A stretch of DNA of 49,299 nt. Source: Girardia tigrina. Lineage: Eukaryota. Below, piece by piece: positions 13,031 to 26,569 of this stretch (position 1 is its first letter; each line of letters opens with the position of its first letter). Location of the stretch: the NCBI GenBank assembly GCA_001938485.1, contig MQRK01234174.1:49089-98387 (forward strand), given 5' to 3'. The translations under genes and the position numbers were made by a program. The notes under the pieces were generated by a model. The model did not search any database. It was given only the letters and a program-made list of their open reading frames with translations, and was not told the origin of the DNA.

Positions 13031-13115
13031 AATAATAAAATAATAATAATAATAATAAGAAGAAGAAGAAGAAGAAGAAGAATAAGAATAATGATAATAA
13101 TAATAATAATGATGA
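13031..13115. repeat. Compound (AAT)n/(AAG)n/(GAT)n microsatellite
   Basis: Directly visible trinucleotide runs. Confidence 0.9.
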
Positions 13116-14355
13116 TACTTCATATCAAATAATTATTGTGCGCATTGTGAGACTAATGAGAAATAAAAAGCCTACGTAAGTTCAAGTGTCACAATTAAAT
13201 TTGGACAAAATTTACATTTTAATTAAAACCATTGATGACCGAAATATATGCAAAACCCGGTAGTATCTGGTTTGAAAGGATTCATATGTTCAACCTTCGA
13301 TGTTTGAAAAATATTTTTTAATATTGGGTATTTTATCGTTTTAAATAAATGTTATTGTTAGAACGGTTCCTCTTCTACGATAATCCATAATTAATATTTT
13401 TAATTTTAATTATTTATTTCAATAATTTAATATTTAATTTTGAGTAATAAAGATTTAAAATATTGAAAAAAATAATTTTAAAAAAATTGTTACTTTAAAA
13501 AATAGTAATATTTATTTAAAAAAGATTTTAACCAATGAAATTTTTGATAATTATACTTAATAAAATAAATTATTTCTCATTGTTTTCTTATTTTAAGTAT
13601 TATTTTATAAAAAAAATAATCATGAAAGATGATGAATTCAGAAATCATTATTGAAAATTGTTGAAATAATATTATAATTGTGAGGGATTTAATATAAATA
13701 ATATTTTGGAATTCATGTTAATATTCTTTGGTACCCAGATATATTTCTAAAAAGATAAAATATCACAAATAATTTAATATTTATACCCAATTTTTTGTTC
13801 GTTAAAAAACAAAGTAAATTAACGACAAATTGTCAAGCGAAAAATTAGAAATAATTCACCTATGAGTTTCACCCTCGTATCTTATGATAATTGAACTGGT
13901 CTCTCTTAGATCAGTGACAAACCGGATCGAATTAACAGTTTTGTAAACTTTGTCTTGCTACACGAAATTTATTTTACGTTTCGTACGTAAAGATTGATGC
14001 TAATTAATGTGTTATTGTTAAATTTGACAAAACTGATTGATCAAGACAGATTAAAAATAGGATTAATTGGAATTTAATTTTAATAAAATCCTGAGGCCTA
14101 CTTGGCCGATTTTTCGGTGTAGGGCTTTCAGTTGCAACGCCACTATCAGTTTGGCCGGGAAGAAGTTTATCTTTCCTTTTTGCTGTTTATAAAAATAAAG
14201 TTCAAAACATGAAAATAAATTTTCAGAATATTTTATCTGTCTATTTAAATCTGATTATTATATTATGAGAATTTATTTTTAATATTAATGATTAAATCAA
14301 ATGGTAACTTTGCAATTAAACTCAAATAACATTCTCTTAACTTTAAATTTTTATT

Positions 14356-14396
14356 AGAAAAACATGTTTCGCCACTTTTGTGGCATCTTCAGTTCT
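14356..14396 (-). ncRNA. Minimal type I hammerhead ribozyme of the Penelope pseudo-LTR
   Basis: Minus strand: AGAA CUGAAGA U GCCAC-AAAA-GUGGC GAAA CAUG UU UUUCU. Conserved CUGANGA and GAAA cores, perfect 5-bp stem II, palindromic stem III (AACAUGUU), short weak stem I. AATAAA immediately 3' (14350-14355). Confidence 0.75.
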
Positions 14397-14413
14397 GTAT
14401 TTTAGTAAAAGAG

Positions 14414-14824
14414 TTATTGTTTATATAGTAAGATGACCATTACTTCACAATGTATTACGTAAAAATACTTTAATATGATTGGATGAATTTTGCACATTAA
14501 ACTAGGTTTATAAAACTTTATCAACAGTGCTTCAGTAATTGTCATTTCATAATTGTGATTAAAGTTACTAATCAAAACCCGAAAATCATTATCATATACC
14601 CTCCACTGAGTTCCATGACGTTTCACTATGTGGTCCAAAACTGAGCTTTGTCTACTTGATTGGGTCTGTTCTGCAATTCTAGTACGGAGGTGACGATTCG
14701 GCTCTCTAATGTACAAGAATTCACACTTGTGACATTTATATTGGTAAACTAAATTTACTTTCATACCTAATTGTGCTTTAGGTTTATTTGAAAAATAAAT
14801 AGAAATTTTATTAGATAGAAACAA
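14414..14824 (-). mobile_element. Penelope-like retroelement 3' fragment (GIY-YIG endonuclease, degenerate)
   Basis: NLVYQYKCHKCEFLYI...RHLRTRIAE...SSVLDH...EALLIKFYKPSL matches the PLE GIY-YIG layout, including the CxxC between the two motifs. The YIG glycine is mutated. Followed by a hammerhead and AATAAA. Confidence 0.85.
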
Positions 14825-15214
14825 AATTTTAATTGAACACCTAATGGAGCCTGTTTTTCTAAAATTTGATTTAAATATAATTTTATATAATCATTTAATA
14901 TTCAATACAAACTACGCAATTCGTTCTAATATGTATTTTAGTTTCTAAATTAAATATATTAATAATTAACAATAGAACAATTAATAATCTGAAAATTAAT
15001 ACTTAACAATTCATATAAAAGTCAAAATTTAGGTCAAAGTAATAATAAAAAATCATTTATTTCAAATAGGTCTAATGTACATCATGATCAGAAATAAATA
15101 TTATTAATTTATACATCACTAATTTAATATGAATATTTATGAATTAATAATGCATATTTATTAATTTTATATAATACTAACAACAGCAACCCGGTTTACG
15201 TACGGGAACAAATA

Positions 15215-16270
15215 CAGGGGTTCGTGATCTTTTGGTAGATTTTGAACATTAAAATAAATAAGTATATAAAACGATTGAAATATACTTCAACAATTAAACA
15301 CAATTCAATGGATAATGCTAATGTTCAATGAGCCTAATCTCAAAGAAATTGTTGGAAATGACCACCATTATATCCCACAAAAAGTTCGAAACGTCTTAAG
15401 AAAAATCCATACGAGCAGCGTATAGATTCAGAGCTAATGTTTTCAAAAAGATAAGAAAGTTTATTACTTAACTCGGCGAGACTGTTTGGCACTGGAGGGG
15501 TATATAATGCATCGTGATCATCACCCCATAACCAAACATCATTGGATGTCAGATCAGGGCTTCATTCCATCACTCGTCAGAAGCGTCATCGTTTTGGTAC
15601 AGTAAGCTCAGATTTCATCTATCCCACAACAATTCGAGTACTACATTGTTCAGCCTGTTTAGACACATTTTCTCGTTCATAGTCGAGTCAATAATTCAAA
15701 AGCATATGCTAATTTTTAAAGAAATGAATGCCCACCAAGTAATTAATGAAAATTGCATGTTTATTTTTGGCCGAATAAATAAATGAGAATAAATCCTGGA
15801 GAGGAGATAGGCGCCACCCGGTTCCTTGCCTACTGAGACACTCAAATATATATGCAAACGAAAGCCATATGCTTGTGCATAATTGAGTGACCCCACGGCC
15901 CAAAGGCTACTGTACCAAAAAAAATAAATGAATTGTGGTGATTAACGAAACCGTTGAGTTGTAATGTTGCCTCGTTACTGAACACAATATTATGAACAAA
16001 ATTGACGTAACATTTCTGTTTCTCTAGGATAATAATAGCAAAGTCGTTTTGGATAGTCATCCCCTGAATATGAACAAATTTTTATGGCTTAATTCTCTCT
16101 TGTTTGAGAATTTTATTCACGAATGAAACTGATAAATTGACAGCTTTAGCATCCATTCATTGGAATGTTGTTGGGAAATCTCAAAAATCACTAAAAACTT
16201 CCTTTTTCTTACTGTACCACCAAAAAGATGGAGTTTCTTAACATTTCGCTAAGAATGTAAAAAAAATGTT
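15215..16270 (-). mobile_element. Decayed Tc1/mariner-superfamily element (Tc3/maT-like transposase)
   Basis: TA|CAGGGG terminus at 15215. Minus-strand motifs IVFSNEATLQLNGFVNHHN, SPDLTSNDVWLWG and C-terminal LRRFELFVGYNGGHFQQFL*. The upper boundary is approximate. Confidence 0.75.
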
Positions 16271-16280
16271 TAATGAACGA

Positions 16281-16486
16281 CTGACAAGTGATGGAAAGAA
16301 GCCCTGATCTGACATCCAACGATGCATTATATGCCCCTCCAGTGCTAAACAGTCTCAACAAGTTAAGTAACAAACTTTCTTATCTTTTTGAAAACCTTAG
16401 CTCTGAATCTATCACCGCTCGTATGGATCTTTTTTAAGACGTTTCGAACTTTTTGTGGAATGTAATGGTGGCCATTTCGAACAATT
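16281..16486 (+). repeat. Inverted second copy of the 3' end of the adjacent transposase
   Basis: Reverse complement of 15347-15580 with scattered substitutions and a ~26-bp deletion. Confidence 0.85.
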
Positions 16487-17249
16487 CTTAGTAGATAGGT
16501 TTAAGTGCACCTTATAAAGAGCATTCAAATGGTTGAATCAAAAATCAACCCCTTTTATGATGGATCATAAACCGAAAAATAAACTTTTAAAAAAAGTAAA
16601 AAAATTAAAAATCAATGATTTTTTGTTAAAATTTGAAATTTCTTTCATCAAAAAAAAACCATAATTCCTTCTTTTTTCGTTATAAAAATATTTTATTAAT
16701 ATTTTATTTTATTAAACCAAAAACAAATTAATAAATAAACAAAAAATTATGAGAAACATATGCCGAGAAAAATATTCAATTTATCAATTTTATTTCATTG
16801 CGATTAGTAACTCAATTTTGATATTAAAAATTATGTAAATATAAATTATATTTCTATAATCATCAATGTCATCGTCGTTATCAATACCATCTGTTCTCTT
16901 TGTCGAAAGAGCTCTCCTCATTTCCATCATCCGATCCCCCGAACCCGATCATCACAGATCACAAAGATCACACTCAATAATTTATCAATCCATTCTCTCT
17001 ACATTCAGACTCAATTTGACCAATTAAAACAATCGACGATTAAAACAAAACCAAAATTTTAGTTTGATCAGTTCAGTTTAGTGTGCTGTATGAATATTTA
17101 TATCTTTATAATATATAAATTATCGATTAATAAATATTTTCAAGATATTTATGTAATTTATTTATAAAAAATATTATTTATTTATTTATTTTATTTATTT
17201 ATTAATTTAATAAATATTATTTTTATAAAAAAATAAAATTAAAACTTAC

Positions 17250-17319
17250 CGCAAGTAGGAGGTTGGAAAAGAGGTCTCTGTTGACTCATATACGGTTCGG
17301 GTGGCGACATTGTATTTAT
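17250..17319 (-). CDS. Protocadherin cytoplasmic-tail exon (70 bp; INTMSPPEPYMSQQRPLFQPPTC)
   Basis: Acceptor tttcttcgtgctag|, donor |GTAAGT. Phase 0 in, phase 1 out, in frame with the preceding exon across a 54-bp GT-AG intron. GC-richer than its flanks. Confidence 0.7.
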
Positions 17320-17373
17320 CTAGCACGAAGAAAAAAAAACGTTGATTAATTAATTATTTAATTAATTAATTAC

Positions 17374-17432
17374 ATTTTTTTGCATTTTATTATTGCTTTT
17401 GTCACCATTGATTTCCATAGAATTCATGTAGC
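17374..17432 (-). CDS. Protocadherin cytoplasmic-tail exon (59 bp; (G)YMNSMEINGDKSNNKMQKN)
   Basis: Acceptor tttatctctag|, donor |GTAATT. Phase 1 entry matches the phase-1 donor of the large exon at 36946. Confidence 0.65.
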
Positions 17433-18699
17433 CTAGAGATAAATAAAATAAATTATTAATTTCTGTTAACTTACAGATGATTTTATTTTTTTTATTTAGA
17501 TTTATTAATAAATTGATTTATATTATAAATATTAAAAAATAATAATAATATAAAATTTATAAATTACAAATTCCAGAGATTTAAATTTTCTTACATTAAA
17601 TATAAAATATTTTCCATAGATATATTTTTTTTAATTCAATTATCTTTTTTTTGGCCAATTTTAATTCTTTTTGAGTTGATATAATAATAAATTTTGTTTG
17701 ATTAATTGTCAAATAGTGAAGAATGGAAATATTTCGATGAGAAGAGAAAAAAAATTATTCTTTTTTCTTTGGTTTTTCTTGTTTTAATTTTTGGTAATTT
17801 TATTAAAATATATACTTTAGAAAATCAGAATAAATTGGATCAATATTGTCGTGTTTATTTTTTAATTGGATTTATTATTTTTTCAGTTTGAACAAATAAT
17901 TTCGTTACGGTTTTTTGATTGGGTACAAATATTAATAATTTAATCTTTGACCGAAGGGTCGTTTAGAAGGGACCCCTTCACTTTCACGTAAGATTTTCTT
18001 CCTATAAAAACCTTCGCTAATTCAACAGTGAGAAAATTAAAATTGTAAGATATCTTTTATTATTTCAAGTTTAAATAAAAATAGTTTCTGGTTATATTAA
18101 TTATTTTATATTCCAAAGGACTTGTGATAATTATACAAGAATTTATAAAAATAAATAATAAAAATTTAATCAATCACAAAAAGTTCAATCAAGTTTATCA
18201 GAAAAAAAAGCTAAAATATAAAATGTATAATATAGGATTAAAATTAGGGGAACTGTGAAAAATCCGCCGAAAACCCCACACGGAGATCGTGTCGGCTCCA
18301 AGGAGTTACTTTAATCCCACCGTCATTCCGTTCCCAGTGGCCCAGCTCTATGGCGCAAAAAAATCTCCAAGAACAATGTATTGTTTCGACTGCAATGCCT
18401 TCCTCATCTCTCGTACCTATTTGTATGCTGCGACATCATATCGCCTCTTTAGAGCGTTATCACTATATACAACCGATGGGCGATTACATATGATGGGTGT
18501 TGGAATCTTTAATCGAATCGTCCACAATATGGTTACAATGGTAATCAATAATGTTCGATAACCATATCAGGTCCATCATGGTCGTCAAATTGTACCAAAA
18601 GCGATTTTTATTATTAAAAGGTAATTTAACCAGATAAGAATAGAATAAGAAATAATAACAAAAAAATCAATACATTTGAGATCTCTAGTAAAAAATAAG

Positions 18700-19250
18700 A
18701 TTTGGGATAAGTTAAAGGTCTGTACATGGAATATGCGTTGTTTTGATGATCCGAAAGTTTTAAGTGTTATTAAAATTTTTTAAACACTAAATGCTGATTT
18801 AACTATCCTGACGGAAACGCACAAATGGGACGTTGAGACACAAAAGTACGATAAGTAGACGTTTTACAACTTCGGGCTATCAATAGGACAGAAAAGAGAA
18901 AGAATGCTCGGTCTACTGAGCAGACTATCTACAATTGATATCGAGTTTGAAGCCTTCTCGGAAAGACTTTTCAAAGCGAATATCGTTGGTGTTTCTGCAT
19001 CCATCGATTGCGGATACAGTGAAGATGAGAAAACCAACTTCTATGACTTTCTAAACACCATGATTATTACATCAGAGCCCGAAGCTAGGCAATTTGGGTT
19101 TGAGACAATAGTTGGAGGAGACTTTAACTGTCACAAAAACTATTACCCAGAGGATCCGGTACCCAGTGTTAGAAAGTTTGCACACAATGGAAATATGTCA
19201 GATAATGGGGAAAGATTACTATTACTGGCAAAGGAGAGAGGAACACTTCC
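18700..19250 (+). mobile_element. Non-LTR retrotransposon APE endonuclease domain (RTE-like), truncated
   Basis: LKVCTWNMR, ILTETH, EDEKTNFY, IVGGDFN and SDNGERLL motifs. In-frame stops upstream of 18904; no RT follows. 18245-18600 may be its 5' region. Confidence 0.85.
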
Positions 19251-19645
19251 TTTTGTCACAATGAATGCTATGTTGTATTGTAAATGTTTTTTTTTCATTT
19301 TAATTTTCCCTAAAAACAAGCTTCATTTTTAAAAACTTAATTTAATTAAAATAAGTAATAAGTTTATTTATAAGAAAATAGGGAAAAATAAAAAAACTAA
19401 ACTTTTCGAAGTTCATGATATAACTATTTAGTTACTCTTTTGGTAACTAATAAGACTGAATACAGAACAAATATATTGCCCTTTTTCAAAACAGAAGTAA
19501 AACAAAACTTTTTCAATACGGACATAAGGTAAAGGTAGTTGAAAATAATTATCATTTGCAAGAATAAAAAAACTTTTAAAAAACTTTAATTCCAAAAATT
19601 ATCTCTCTTTTAAATGAAACTGGTTTCCGACCACGGCTCTGTTGA

Positions 19646-19781
19646 TTTGAATGTGTGAATGTATGAATGTAGTATGTTGATTCGAGTATGTTGAACTTAG
19701 AAGGGTGATTCTCCCACCCAGATGGAAATCGGTATTTATTTTGTATTTTGATAATTGACAATTCGAACATAAGTAAAATAA
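19646..19781 (-). repeat. Dispersed repeat, copy A (inverted relative to copies B and C)
   Basis: Reverse complement matches 32020-32155; about 10 mismatches over the 87-bp core. Confidence 0.85.
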
Positions 19782-21579
19782 TAATAACGAAATAATAATA
19801 ATTTAATAAGTTTAAATTTTTGAAATTAGCAATGAAAATCAAATTTAAATATTTTAATTAAAAGATATTTTTTGTAAGTTTAGAAAATTTAAAAGTATAA
19901 CTTATATTATATATTTGTGTCTAAAAAGTTAAAGATAATGAAATATAAATTTAAAATCATTTTTTTACAATTTGATAAAATATTTTTATTTAGACTTCTT
20001 ATAATGAAATTGTTAAAATTATTAATTTTAATAAATATTTTTGAAATTAAAAAATTAAAAAAATATATTTTAGAGAGATTTTAAAAAATTGTTTGAATAA
20101 TTATTATTATAAAGTCAGAAATAAAACCAATTAGAGCGATGTGGACCACTGTGAACGACCTTCCGAGAGAACTGTGAGGACTCAAAATTTTATACTAATA
20201 AAAAGTATAATAAAAATTGTCTCAACGCTCTTAGCAACCGTCAAAATTATCTAAAATGTATTATTAAATTCACATTATTCCGACCATCATACGCTAATGC
20301 GACTGTATCTTTAATTACGAATTTGAAAGCTAATCAAACGATGAAGTTTGGATGTTTGTATCAAAAAATATAAATATTCAAAGCTTTATTGTTTTATTTG
20401 TTTGAATGAATCATTTTCTTGAATATATAATATTATATCAAATGATTAACGACATAATTGGATTTACGTATTTACGCATTGCGTTTCAATGAAAACTTAT
20501 ATATTATTTTAATTTTATTTTTTTTTTAAATAAAACGTTTTCTTTATATTTTGAGTTTATTGAATTTCATTTTATTTTTATATAATATTATTTTCTCATC
20601 ATCATAATAAATTATTAAATAAGTTATAGAAATGATTCTCATTTGTCATAATTTTACAGAAAATCTGAGATTAATTCAATTTATTATTCATAAAATAATA
20701 TTTTTTTCTTGAAATAATTTGTTATAAAGTATTATTATTATTATTATTATTGTTTTTGTTGTTGTAAAAATAGTTGAACTTGAAAACTTTGATAAATGAT
20801 AATAATAGTAATGGAAAACAATTGGGAATAATTGTTGTAGGTGGAACTATAGTTTAAGCCTTTATGACATAACAAAACAATATATAACAATATATTGACA
20901 ACAATAATAACAAACTTTAATTATAATAATGCAATAAAAAGTTATATTGTTAATAAGACATAACGAAAATAACGACAAATTAAGCTATAGTGGTAAGAGG
21001 AAATGGAAAAGATAATATTGACAGAAATATATGGATTTGTATAGAGATAAATGTAGGAAATATGAGATTTAAGGTTTAGAAATGAGAAGAGTGTATTATA
21101 TTATATTCTTAGTTTTTAATTTTGGATTATGGTAATTAGTTGCTTCAAATGTTTTATGGAGAATAAAATAATTTGTTTCTAGTGGAATTATTCAGATATT
21201 GTATCTTCTTCTTGTGCGAAATGTTTAGAATATTGACCTTTTTTTGTTCTGATATTATGGGTTGATTTGGAAATGTGTCTCTCCTTCCGAGATGGCTGAT
21301 TAATATTTAAATTATTATTATCTCAAAGAATTTTATTCAAATTTAAATTGAATGTTTCTATTTATTTTTAATTAATCATGATTGTAAATTTTAAATGATT
21401 TTATTAATTTTATTTTTAAATCTATAAATAAATAAATCAAATTAATATTTTAAAATAATTAATAATCATTTTAATTTTAACCAATAAAATTTGTAGAACA
21501 TATTTTTAAAAGAATAGGTAGGTTTAAGTTAGTTCAGATTTTGAGATAAAGATTATTAATATTTGATCAATGGATATGT

Positions 21580-22130
21580 GTGAAAGCACTGTTATGGATT
21601 GTCATAAAAGTGTCTGAGAGGTAGCCCAAATATCGCTCGGTAACAGTGGAATTCTTAGTACCAGTGGAATTGAAATCCACTTACAAATCTAATTAATATA
21701 TTAGGTATGAAGGACGTGTGGCTAATCAATGGTATTCAAGTTTGAGTACAGCTGTGAAGCATGGTGTACCCGCAGTCGATGTAAGATAGCTTTGCAGCGA
21801 TGCCTAATGAATCAATCATGTTGAGCATTGACGCGATGAAGCTTGGAATCGAATGCGCCGTACTAAATCAATCACCAGTCTGAGAGAGCAGTATGAAGGT
21901 ACAATCAGTGTCCCATCACCTCCTAAAAGGCATCAGACCTAATAACTTAAAGGATGAGAGGAACATGATGTGTTACAAAAAACGATTCAAATTGTAATTG
22001 TAATAAATGTTGTAATCAATGTGTGAGTTCTCTTAACACTTCTTTTAATCTCCAACTATAGTAAATTATTTCATATAAATATCTTTGTATAATCAATTAT
22101 ATTTCAACAAGCAATACATATATTACAATA
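21580..22130. mobile_element. Possible solo LTR or unclassified repeat
   Basis: GC-richer non-coding block starting TGTG, with AATAAA near 22001 and ending near TTACA. No TSD or partner LTR confirmed. Confidence 0.25.
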
Positions 22131-22568
22131 TTGCCCTATCTACTTAATAATTTTTGCAGTCAACTTAATAATCATTACCATAATTTAATAATTAATTTAA
22201 TTAATATTAAATAATTCTTTTGAAATAATAAATTGTTGAAAGTTTCCTTAAATTTTTTGACCCATTCTTGAAGCCTTAAAAAATCTGAAAATTAAAAAAA
22301 TTAAAGAAAAATAATAACTTGAGAGGATTTATGACAGAAAACGTTCGGCAACAGATTGAAATATTATTTTTTTTAATTTTCAGATATTTTAAAAATTCGA
22401 GAATTCAAAAAATATTCAAAAAACAAAATTTCAAAAAGCAATAATTAAAAACATTTTTTTTAATGATTATTAAATTATTGGTGATTTATAGCAACAATAA
22501 CGTAAATCGGGAAACATTTTATAATTTTTAATAATGCTGTACTATTTATAAGAATAATGTTATAATTA

Positions 22569-23966
22569 TAAGGTTGATGTAAAACATTTTGGCTCCCACT
22601 TAATAGTGGAATCATATCCATATATATTTTCTATATTTTAAATCTTTATTTCGATCCTTTTTTCAATAAAACCCTTTCTTTACTCATTTCTTTTCTAAAT
22701 ACGTTTAAAAATGGAGGCCAAAAGGTTGCAGGTCAGACATTGCATTTTTCATGTGTGACAATTTCACGGACCGAGTCTGCATATGCAGTCATTTTTGTGA
22801 CTTTTAGTGGGAAATGTCTGCAGAAGACATTTGAAATTATATGGTATATTCAAGATTTATTAGAATACATATTTCGTAATTATTGGTGTACCTAAAAATC
22901 AATAGACCTCTCAGTAAATAAATAATAGAGATCAGTTTTGAATGTTTGAATGTGTGGCTATGTCTTCGAAAATGAGTGTCTAGCAAAGTGGTAAACATGG
23001 ATAAAACGCTGCAGAAACGAAGGCTTCGATATGTCAAGGTTATAGAGAATTGCAGTCACCTAAAATTACTTGACGGCTAAAATTTGACTGTATAAGTCCA
23101 TGAATGGTGAATTGGGGCTTGAGGATAAAGAGAGAGGTAGTATACCGAAAGAAATGGAGAACACCGAACAATAAACCCTGTCGGATGAGGATAATCCACA
23201 GATTACACATGAACTGGCTAAACAACTTGGAGTGAACCAATCCACTGTTCTAAGGAGATCGTAAGCCATGGAAATATTGCTCAATGATTGAGTTTATACA
23301 TCTTGCTTAATGCACATCCCCGGTGAAAATCGTTTCTTTTGCGAAATATTACTGGTGACGAAAAATTGGAGCATAAGGAGAATTCAGAGAGCAAAAAATT
23401 ATAGTTGAATCTTGTCCATGCAACAATCTTTAATTCCAAACCGAATATTCATGGGAAAAAGACGCGGCTAGGCATATTGTGAGATACAAAAGGAGTTCTT
23501 TTTTATGAGTGGATCAAACCCGGGTACACAGTTAAAGCCAAGCGCTGCAACAAACAATTTCTTAAACTGAGAGAAAAAATCAAAGAATTTCGGCCAAGAG
23601 ATTATCGTCATAAATGGCATTGCTTGCTCTTAGTAGCTGCTGCAACGAAAAATACATGTTTAGGTCTTGGATGATGGTTCTGTCTGCAGCCTATTCTCCA
23701 GATATTATTTTCATCTTTTCAGATCTCTGTAGCACACTTTGACTGGATAACGCTATAAAAACGAAGATTTGTGAGGAATTGCATCGATAACTTCCTCTCT
23801 TCCGTCAGAAAAATTTTTCAAGGATAGCATCCAAAGGTGGCCAGGCAACTGGGCAAAGATGATGGATGCTGACGAAGATTACTTCGAGGATTAGTCTTGT
23901 GAAAGTTTTCTAAATTCTTTCAATACATTTGCTTGGGAAAGGCCAAGAACATTTGAATCAACCTAA
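22569..23966 (+). mobile_element. Old full-length mariner element, heavily decayed
   Basis: Degenerate TIRs TAAGGTTGATG...TTGGC / (rc) TTAGGTTGATT...TTGGC with TA flanks. MEAKRLQVRHCIF start at 22711, then ITHELAKQLGV, TGDEK, KPNIHGKK and AYSPDI remnants. Confidence 0.85.
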
Positions 23967-26569
23967 TATAATATATTATATAATACTATATTATACAGTT
24001 ATAGTATATTATATTATATTATATTATGTTATATTATATTATTACTTATACAATATTTGATAGTTCTTTAGTTACACAGGAAAACTGTGAAAAATATGCA
24101 TTTATCGTTACATTTATTTAATTTAAATATTTATAAATTTTCATGCAATATGACAATAATACATAAAAAATAAAAAAAAATTTAAATATAAAAAGTACAA
24201 ACTAGCTATCAAATAAAATACGTTATTGAAAGAAATATAAATATTAATTTACTTATGTAAATTAAAGTGAGATTTCCGTTAATAAAAAAGTAGTTTTAAA
24301 ACGTCCATTGGATGGGACCCTAGTTTCAAGATCAATTTACTTAACATATTTGAACGTTGTATAAAATTTTATTAAACAGGTAGGTTGAATAAATATCCAA
24401 AATAAGCGAATTTATCTTAAACTCAGAGAGTTACTGGAATTGAATACTTATTTGATCACCTCAACGCTAATTTTCGGTATTATAATATAATATTTTAAAC
24501 ACGGAAATGTCACGCATCAGGAAGCACAACATTCAAGAAACATAAAACAAGTAATTTGATGTCTTTTTGGTTCAATGGTTCAATTGTTGGTCTTCCTACT
24601 CTTTCTATTGAAATCTAATATTTTTCTCTCCAACCGCCTTTTCCACGGGAATGTTTTACTTTGAAAGTAGTACATTTTGTCTACTCATTTTTAATTTCCG
24701 TCAATTAGGTATCAAAAATCTGCTCAAGCATTTCAATATGATCCATATTTGCAAAGTTTCTTCCAAAAAGTGATAACGGTATTCTTTTTCTTATCTCAGA
24801 ACCTCAACGTATTCAGTTGGCAGTAGGTTATTGAAGGTTTAGGAAAGCGATAGAATCAATTTATAACTTATTAAGAAATTTTTTAATATTTTCTACTATA
24901 AAAAATTATTTTAACTGTAAATTTAAATTTTATTCTGTACTGGAACTGGAAACAAATAAAATTACGATTAAGTGTAATTAATTATAACCTGAAATAAAAT
25001 AACTTTTTACTCTAAATGAATGAACACCACTTTACTTTCTATTAAATTATTCAAAAATTCCACTAAGAAAAGCTTATTAAAACAAAAAAAATAATTATAT
25101 TTTTTTTTATTAATTTGATAGCAATTTTTTGAAAAGCTTGCTATACTCAAGAAATATTAAAATTTAATGTTCTTTTAATTTCTTATTTCTAATACCGAAA
25201 AATCGGTATTTTATGAAACTAATACCGGTACTCCGGTATTGGATGCACTAGTTACCTTGATTAATCTATTAGGCTCATGAAGACTGCAAGAATTTTACTA
25301 ACTTTTTATATGGAAAAAGCAATCAATTTATATTTTTAACTTATGATTCATTTACTTGATCCAATTCTATAATAGACTTAGATTTGTTCCTCTTTTAACA
25401 AAATAAAGGACAAATATTGTTTAGATGATAGACGAAAAAACGTATCTAGCACAAAATTCTTATATCGAAATAATCTTCTCTATCAATGAAGGCTCAGCTA
25501 GGAATTGAGTACCTTTCAACATTTTTAGCCTTAAGTGTTAATATAAGAGCGTTTGAGACGGTAGCGCGTACCAGGGACAACCACCACGGATCTTCTTATC
25601 ATAAATGCCTTTGCGATGGTGAATTACTGACCTACTGATCAATCGTTTCTGAGCGGCTTTCCTATTTTATGAGAATCTAGCAGAAAATAATGAAAAGTAA
25701 AATCTCTTCGGAATTAATTTCCTGTTTACTCCCTCACATATTTCCCTTTCTAAATCAATTAATTATATAATTATAATAACATTTGATTAATTATGTTATT
25801 TTATTTCTATTTAATTTTTATTAAATATTTCTCAAAATAAATAATAATTATCAATCATCACCTATTCATTGAAACAAATAATTACATGTTGAAAATTATC
25901 ATAGTAATTATATTATTAAAATTAAAACAAATAATATTTATTTTCATAAACCTTTAGCATTAAAATGAGATTTTTTTATTTCAATGTTGAATGACAAAAA
26001 AAATTTTTTTAATTCAAATTATTACGGGATTCGAATATCGAAAAACGAAAGACTTGTTTTAATAAAAACAGAAAAATATATCATGTTTATTTTTCTCTTT
26101 TTATTCTCTAAGTTACTTGAAATACATTTTACATGTGTATATATAAATATACATATAATGTATAAATAAATATACATAAATGAAAACTAAGCTTGAAATA
26201 TAAATATAAATATATCGATATANNNNNNNNNNNNNNNNNNNNNNNNNNNNNNNNNNNNNNNNNNNNNNNNNNNNNNNNNNNNNNNNNNNNNNNNNNNNNN
26301 NNNNNNNNNNNNNNNNNNNNNNNNNNNNNNNNNNNNNNNNNNNNNNNNNNNNNNNNNNNNNNNNNNNNNNNNNTAAAAAATAAAATATCAATATCAATAT
26401 CCATATCAATATCACTAAACATATAAATATAAATATAAATACAAATATCAATATAAATCTTTTCAACATCTAAAAAATGTAATTTTAAACAATGAAATAA
26501 AATTACATGTGCAACTATACTTAATGTGTTTGCTAACCATAACAGAGCCTAAACCTAGTCTAAATCAGT

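Noticed and set aside
25191-25251. ATACCG-repeat terminus ending GCACTA (hAT-MITE-like)
   Set aside because: No matching second end or TSD was found.
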